Of a stretch of DNA of 61,563 bases, positions 59,856 to 61,563 are shown one piece after another. Every line of letters begins with the position of its first letter. The stretch's first letter is position 1. Source of the stretch: Deltaproteobacteria bacterium. GTDB lineage: Bacteria > Desulfobacterota > GWC2-55-46 > DRQE01. The notes beneath the pieces were generated by a model, which worked only from the letters and a program-made list of their open reading frames with translations, was not told the origin of the DNA and ran no database searches. The position numbers and the translations under genes are program-made. The stretch covers positions 1 to 61,563 of the forward strand of contig WGEY01000069.1 in the NCBI GenBank assembly GCA_015492495.1, read 5' to 3'.

Positions 59856-61199
59856 ATGGAGTTCAGATCGATCGGCGATATGCATGACGCTTTAAGGGGG
59901 GCGGTGGAGGAAAAGGGGGAGGGGTTCGAGGTCACGGATGAAACGCGCCTCAGGGGAGAGCCGCTCGATAAGCTCGTCTACAACGCGGTCTTCAACGCAA
60001 AGGGCGAACTCCTCGAAGAGGCGCGGCGCATAATCAAGGGTTGCGCCTGCGCCCTGGGCATAAGGCCCGCTTCTATCCAGCATCTGTACGAGGCCATGGG
60101 CAAGGGGGAGTGCGGAGGGTTCACGGTGCCGGCCATAAACATAAGGGGCCTTACGTACGATACCGCAAGGGCCGTCTACAGGGCCGCGGAGAAGAACAAC
60201 TCCGGCACCTTCATATTCGAGATCGCCAAGAGCGAGATCGGCTACACGGACCAGAGACCGGCCGAGTACGCGGCTGTGCTTCTCGCAGCCGCGATAAAGG
60301 AGGGGTTCCGGGGCCCGGTCTTCATACAGGGTGACCACTTCCAGGTGAACGCCAAGAAGTACGTCGAGGACAAGAACGCCGAGATAGGCGCACTCAAGGA
60401 CCTCATCGCTGAGGCCATGGAGGCCGACTTTTACAACATAGACATCGATGCATCGACCATAGTGGACCTCTCCAAGCCCGAGGTGCCCGATCAGCAGAGA
60501 CCGAACTTCGAGACCACGGCGGCGCTTACCGTCTTCATACGGGAGAGGGAAAAGGAAGGTGTGACCGTCTCCATAGGCGGCGAGATAGGCGAGGTGGGCG
60601 GCAAGAACTCGACCGAGGAGGAGCTCAGGGCCTTCATGGACGGGTACCTCGCCATACTGGGCGGCAACTTCAAGGGCATAAGCAAGATAAGCGTGCAGAC
60701 CGGTACATCCCACGGCGGCGTGGTGCTGCCGGACGGGACCATCGCGAAGGTGAAGGTGGACTTCGACACCATCGAGAGGCTCACGAAGGTGGCACGCGAG
60801 GAGTACGGGCTCGCCGGCGTGGTACAGCACGGCGCATCCACGCTGCCCGACGACGCCTTCCACATCTTCCCGGAGAAGGGCACCGCCGAGGTCCACCTGG
60901 CAACTGGCTTCCAGAACATGATATACGACAGCCCGGCCTTCCCGCAGGAGCTGAAGGACGAGATATACCGCTACATCAAGGACAAGCTCTCCGGCGAGTG
61001 GAAGGAGGGACAGACCGAGGAGCAGTTCATCTACAAGACCAGGAAGAAGGGCTTCGGCCCGTTCAAGGAGAAGATCTGGAACATACCGGCCGAGCGCAGG
61101 CAGAAGATAGGCTCCGAGCTGGAGGACCGCTTCGATTACCTCTTCAAGAAGCTCAATGCAGTCGATACGGTCGATGTCGTCAAGAAGTGGGTGGGCTGA
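59856..61199 (+). CDS. Class II fructose-bisphosphate aldolase family protein
   Basis: VPAIN, QGDH, ID.S, GGEIGE.G, GTSHG and QHGAS Zn-aldolase motifs. Confidence 0.85.
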   Translation: MEFRSIGDMHDALRGAVEEKGEGFEVTDETRLRGEPLDKLVYNAVFNAKGELLEEARRIIKGCACALGIRPASIQHLYEAMGKGECGGFTVPAINIRGLTYDTARAVYRAAEKNNSGTFIFEIAKSEIGYTDQRPAEYAAVLLAAAIKEGFRGPVFIQGDHFQVNAKKYVEDKNAEIGALKDLIAEAMEADFYNIDIDASTIVDLSKPEVPDQQRPNFETTAALTVFIREREKEGVTVSIGGEIGEVGGKNSTEEELRAFMDGYLAILGGNFKGISKISVQTGTSHGGVVLPDGTIAKVKVDFDTIERLTKVAREEYGLAGVVQHGASTLPDDAFHIFPEKGTAEVHLATGFQNMIYDSPAFPQELKDEIYRYIKDKLSGEWKEGQTEEQFIYKTRKKGFGPFKEKIWNIPAERRQKIGSELEDRFDYLFKKLNAVDTVDVVKKWVG

Positions 61200-61375
61200 A
61201 AGGCACGGGTACGGGAAGGTACCTCTTCCATTGAGCCCCTGACCGATCGAAGCCCGCCGTGCATCCTCGGGGGATCCCTGGAAAGCCGCCCTTTTGATGC
61301 CCTTGCGGAGGCGGGGTTGAGGATGGGATCACCACCGCGGTCCGTTCCGCAAAGCCCCGCAATGGGCTTTTTCCG

Positions 61376-61419
61376 GTCATTGCGGGCCAAGGGCCTCTAT
61401 CCCGCGGCGAAGCAATCTC
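61376..61419 (+). repeat. Possible REP/RPE-like intergenic element
   Basis: GTCATTGCG...GCGAAGCAATCTC termini resemble widespread short palindromic intergenic repeats; only one copy seen here. Confidence 0.35.
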
Positions 61420-61563
61420 CGGCTGTTCGACCCTGCAAAAGAAAGGATCGTCAGGGAAGACCTGGAACGCCCCCTCCCCGGCCGCGGGTGGCAAATCCCA
61501 TCGTTATTATGTTATAATGGTTATTACGCAAACAAGACTCATCAGGAGGAGATCAACGCGACA

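Overview
GC-rich bacterial chromosomal window. Gene content and order resemble an anaerobic deltaproteobacterium/Thermodesulfobacteriota-like diderm (inference only). Positions 1-5723 are a CRISPR locus: the trailer end of a + strand array (36-nt repeat GAAGGAACGAAGACCTTAAATAGAAGGGATTGAGAC, 12 copies, first truncated, plus a degenerate copy at 965-1000), an exported hypothetical protein, and an unusual doubled adaptation module, cas2-cas1-cas1'(degenerate)-cas2'-cas6. No interference genes, cas4 or RT are in view. About 5.8-18.4 kb is an accessory and metabolic block: CGGC protein, desulforedoxin, FBP aldolase/phosphatase, AIR-synthase-like protein, AmrS, GNAT, MTH1187, RtcA, methyltransferase, macrodomain, a receiver-pentaheme cytochrome fusion and an ABC-2 exporter. 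About 18.5-47.5 kb is housekeeping (tmk, holB, PSP1, metG, TatD-rSAM, era, der, ftsH, folP, cdaA, cdaR, glmM, pdxJ, acpS, nnr, tsaE, lpdA, lysC, cimA, purB/C/S/Q, metF). It is followed by tRNA-Cys, namA, a divergent phage-like repressor pair, gyrA, gpsA, a heme-c hybrid kinase, a GT2 and a class II aldolase. The best novelty candidates are the putative heteromeric Cas1/Cas1'-Cas2/Cas2' integrase with its palindrome-flanked leaderless promoter, a Cys-motif micro-ORF in the array trailer, and the REC-multiheme fusion. All calls come from motif recognition by eye; no searches were run.
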